From the sequence record NC_023568.1: 64,000 bases of DNA. One strand, given 5' to 3'. Below the pieces are notes generated by a model that was not told where the DNA came from, did not search any database, and saw only the letters and a list, made by a program, of their open reading frames with translations. Position 1 is the stretch's first letter; every line of letters begins with the position of its first letter. Position numbers and translations under genes: made by a program. Positions 61,536 to 64,000 of the stretch are shown piece by piece.

Positions 61536-62383
61536 TATACGAAAAAATCTTCGATGCCTCGTAGAGTTACTTTCTCTGCGTTACCACACTTAGGACATTT
61601 AACGTCAACATAAGTGGTGATTCGCGGCACTGCATCGACGAAAGTTTGAACTTTCTTGAATGCAGCAGTGTCTAGTTCACCCATGATATTGATCAACTGA
61701 CCTTGTGCGGCAAGCTCTTCTTTGCTGTACACAGTATCACCAACGTGAACTTCTTTGATCGATTCAACAGCAATATTGAACAGACCTTCAGGAGTGTTAG
61801 GGTCGTTGTTCTCATACACGCGAATATTCGGGTGTTGGAGTTTGATTAATACTTGTTTGTTAACACGAACTGTATCTTCACCAGTGAATGCAGGCACAAA
61901 CGCAGCGTTTAGGTCTATATTTGCCGTGATTCGTTCACCGCATAGACGCTTGTCAGGTGCGAATACTGCTTCGATTGCCTCTTCGTTTGATTGATTAACA
62001 ATCTCTGCGAACAAGTCATCGGCAGATTTCTCAAGTTCAGCTTCTTCTTGTGCGTCTAGCTGCTTGAGTTCTTCTTCTGGCTTATCTGCACAGCAGTTGT
62101 ATTCCGCTTGAATTTCAGTTACGCCATTGCTGTTCATATACATGTGCATGAACAAGTATTCAGCATCACCAACCGTTAGGTCTTCCATCTTGATGTCTGA
62201 AACAATACAGTTTTCAAGACATTGCTCGATTGCATCAACCTTTTCATCTGATTCGTTAGCGATCAACAGTGTTTTATGCTCTTTTGCAAGCATGGCACGT
62301 AACTTGATCTCTTCGCCAGTAGATGGTAGTTTTACAGTATATTGAGGCGCAGCAAGTACGCTCAAATCAAATGGTTTTGTCAT
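61535..62383 (-). CDS. gp26: baseplate hub subunit
   Basis: P.Y.VKLPS.G..I..R....KE.K.LL, CPKCG. Confidence 0.85.
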   Translation of the reverse strand: MTKPFDLSVLAAPQYTVKLPSTGEEIKLRAMLAKEHKTLLIANESDEKVDAIEQCLENCIVSDIKMEDLTVGDAEYLFMHMYMNSNGVTEIQAEYNCCADKPEEELKQLDAQEEAELEKSADDLFAEIVNQSNEEAIEAVFAPDKRLCGERITANIDLNAAFVPAFTGEDTVRVNKQVLIKLQHPNIRVYENNDPNTPEGLFNIAVESIKEVHVGDTVYSKEELAAQGQLINIMGELDTAAFKKVQTFVDAVPRITTYVDVKCPKCGNAEKVTLRGIEDFFV

Positions 62384-62395
62384 GATATTTTTGCC

Positions 62396-63142
62396 TTAAA
62401 ATAAGTTTGGAAATGTTTCTGCCGCAGTATTGTAAATGCTGTTATATGTTTTTTCGAAATTCTGTGTTATATCTAACGTGTCTGCGATTGTGCTAGATAA
62501 ATCTTCAGTCATGTACGTTGCACTTTCGTAAACAAATTCAACCTCGAATTCGGCAACTGCATTGCTATTTTCATAGCCCAACTGAACTCCACCGACTCGA
62601 ATAGGAAACGCATTTTTTAAACTGGTCATAGTAACCATGTTCGCGTTGCGGTCGTACGTGTAAATCTCGATAGTGCGTGCGTAATTCGAGAAGAACCCGA
62701 CTTGCGCAGAATCGTTTGAATAAATCTGTTTGAACCAACCTAATAGCATTTTACGCTCAGGGTGTGAGGGTGAAAGATACAGCGACATCGTTACCGTTTC
62801 ATCAGTTTTCGTTTTGATTACATGATGCGGACGTCTTCTCGATCTATCAATATCTGTTTCGTATGATGACCCAGGTATATTTACTGATTTAACCATCATC
62901 CCGATGTTTCGCTCGAATTCAAACCCACTACCGAATAACGCAGCAGTCGAGGCTAATGCATCTTTAACCCCGATACCGTTTACTCTAGTCGATGCAGCAT
63001 TCGAGAACGTTTCACCAGTGTTCATTAACTGCTTTGCTGTATCTTGCAGCGATGCAAAACGCACCGCATACAAGTTTTGTCTTGCTAAATCGTTCTTATT
63101 GATCTGAGATAAGAACTTTTTAACGTCAATACCGATTGCCAT
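62396..63142 (-). CDS. gp54: baseplate-tail tube initiator
   Basis: DLARQNLY.V.F, SVNIP...YETD, FPI.V...LGY...N....F.V.F.Y as in T4 gp54. Confidence 0.8.
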   Translation of the reverse strand: MAIGIDVKKFLSQINKNDLARQNLYAVRFASLQDTAKQLMNTGETFSNAASTRVNGIGVKDALASTAALFGSGFEFERNIGMMVKSVNIPGSSYETDIDRSRRRPHHVIKTKTDETVTMSLYLSPSHPERKMLLGWFKQIYSNDSAQVGFFSNYARTIEIYTYDRNANMVTMTSLKNAFPIRVGGVQLGYENSNAVAEFEVEFVYESATYMTEDLSSTIADTLDITQNFEKTYNSIYNTAAETFPNLF

Positions 63143-63145
63143 TCG

Positions 63146-63742
63146 TTATCTCCTTCTATAACGATCATCGTACGCACGAACAGCAGAAATGTTACGACCA
63201 TTTTTAGCAACGAATTGCTGTAGTGGCATGTGAATAACATTGTACCAATCATGTGGTTTGACTTCTTCAAGTGAACCTTTAATTCGCTTTAGAATGTACA
63301 ATTTAACCATATGTTTACTGAACTTGATGTTTTTCACTCGACCCCAATCAACCGATAGTCGAGTTGTGTTACTTACTGTTTTTGTAGTTGCGTATCGTAG
63401 TAAAATTGTTAAAAACTTCTCGCGATCTTTCGGTGGGATGTAGTGCAAGTTCAAGCCTAACATATATCCCTTTTCGACCCCGAGACAGATAATACACGGG
63501 AATTTATCCCAATACGGAAGTTTGTCTTTGTGTTTAGCATCATATGCGAATACATACATGTTGCCTTTGTGTGGTCGCTGTACTTTTCGACTACGTATTG
63601 CATCATGAACACGCTTTTTGAACCATGCTAATGATTTGCGTTGATTCTTCGCGATTGGTTGACGACCAAGCTCGTGCGTTTGAGCTTTGAAGCTATCAAG
63701 CAAACTTTCCTTTTTCTTCTTTGCTCGTTCTGGTCTAGCCAT
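63146..63742 (-). CDS. gp2: DNA end protector protein
   Basis: YDAKHKDKLPYWDKFP, LGLNLHYIPP. Confidence 0.92.
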   Translation of the reverse strand: MARPERAKKKKESLLDSFKAQTHELGRQPIAKNQRKSLAWFKKRVHDAIRSRKVQRPHKGNMYVFAYDAKHKDKLPYWDKFPCIICLGVEKGYMLGLNLHYIPPKDREKFLTILLRYATTKTVSNTTRLSVDWGRVKNIKFSKHMVKLYILKRIKGSLEEVKPHDWYNVIHMPLQQFVAKNGRNISAVRAYDDRYRRR

Positions 63743-63743
63743 A

Positions 63744-64000
63744 TTACACTCTCAGTCCTATCAATTTTCTCAGTCCGTGTTCAGTCAAGACTTTGAATTG
63801 CCAACCTTTCTGCTTTGCGAATTTAATCGCAGCAGCCCATTTATCTTGATTCACTTGAAACGTATATACTTCTTTTAAAAGACGTTTCTTAGCCTTTTCA
63901 GTAAGCCTCTGTGGCTTCTCAGGCGGCATCGTTTCTTTGTGCGGTTTAATTTCAAATATGAATTCGCGCCCATCACTGAACTTCACGTAAAAGTCCATAA
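63744..64000 (-). CDS. gp4: head completion nuclease, 5'-truncated by window edge
   Basis: DFYVKF...EIKP, NQDKW.AA. Confidence 0.85.
   Translation of the reverse strand, partial: MDFYVKFSDGREFIFEIKPHKETMPPEKPQRLTEKAKKRLLKEVYTFQVNQDKWAAAIKFAKQKGWQFKVLTEHGLRKLIGLRV

Noticed and set aside
2034-63878. Numerous antisense or nested 60-155 aa ORFs in the track (for example 2034-2324, 21398-21865, 46864-47262, 59858-60187, and ORFs crossing tRNAs)
   Set aside because: They overlap well-supported genes or tRNAs, lack RBS, and show no recognisable motifs

Overview
A 64-kb segment of a large T4-like myovirus. Its gene content (NadV, QueE, PhoH, a large tRNA cluster, AsiA, T4 genes 57B/57A/1/3/2/4) most resembles the KVP40/nt-1-type Vibrio phages; this is inferred from recalled protein families, not from a database search. 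Layout: (i) 1-29834, + strand: small early hypothetical genes, NAD salvage (nadV), class Ia ribonucleotide reductase (nrdA, nrdB, glutaredoxin), topoisomerase gp52, QueE, an ART-fold protein, an M15 endolysin, PhoH, AsiA and a Tad2-like anti-Thoeris sponge. (ii) 29869-41533, - strand: four tail-fibre genes, two of them with gp36-like N-termini, and a holin/spanin candidate. (iii) 41601-57000, mostly - strand: an RNA-centred island with a Ro60-like TROVE/vWA (DUF2828-type) protein, an RNase H-like protein, a cyclic-phosphate-processing receiver protein, 28 canonical tRNAs covering all 20 amino acids, and many non-canonical structured RNAs. (iv) 57011-64000, - strand: Acb1/57B and T4-like tail, baseplate and head-completion genes. 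Main discovery: 12 loci share one RNA module, a ~7-bp covarying helix starting AG/TG followed by exactly 3 nt and CWGCA. It closes stand-alone RNAs of 58-245 nt, it replaces the anticodon loop of five tRNA bodies, and it sits in the leader of the Ro60-like gene, where its helix pairs with that gene's own start codon. This suggests a phage Ro/Y-RNA-like ribonucleoprotein system with autoregulation. Other notable items: an anticodon-less 46-nt mini-tRNA, a tandem covarying H-type pseudoknot, and a twice-present origin-like element (GCGAAGC + hairpin + six 9-bp TTAG iterons).
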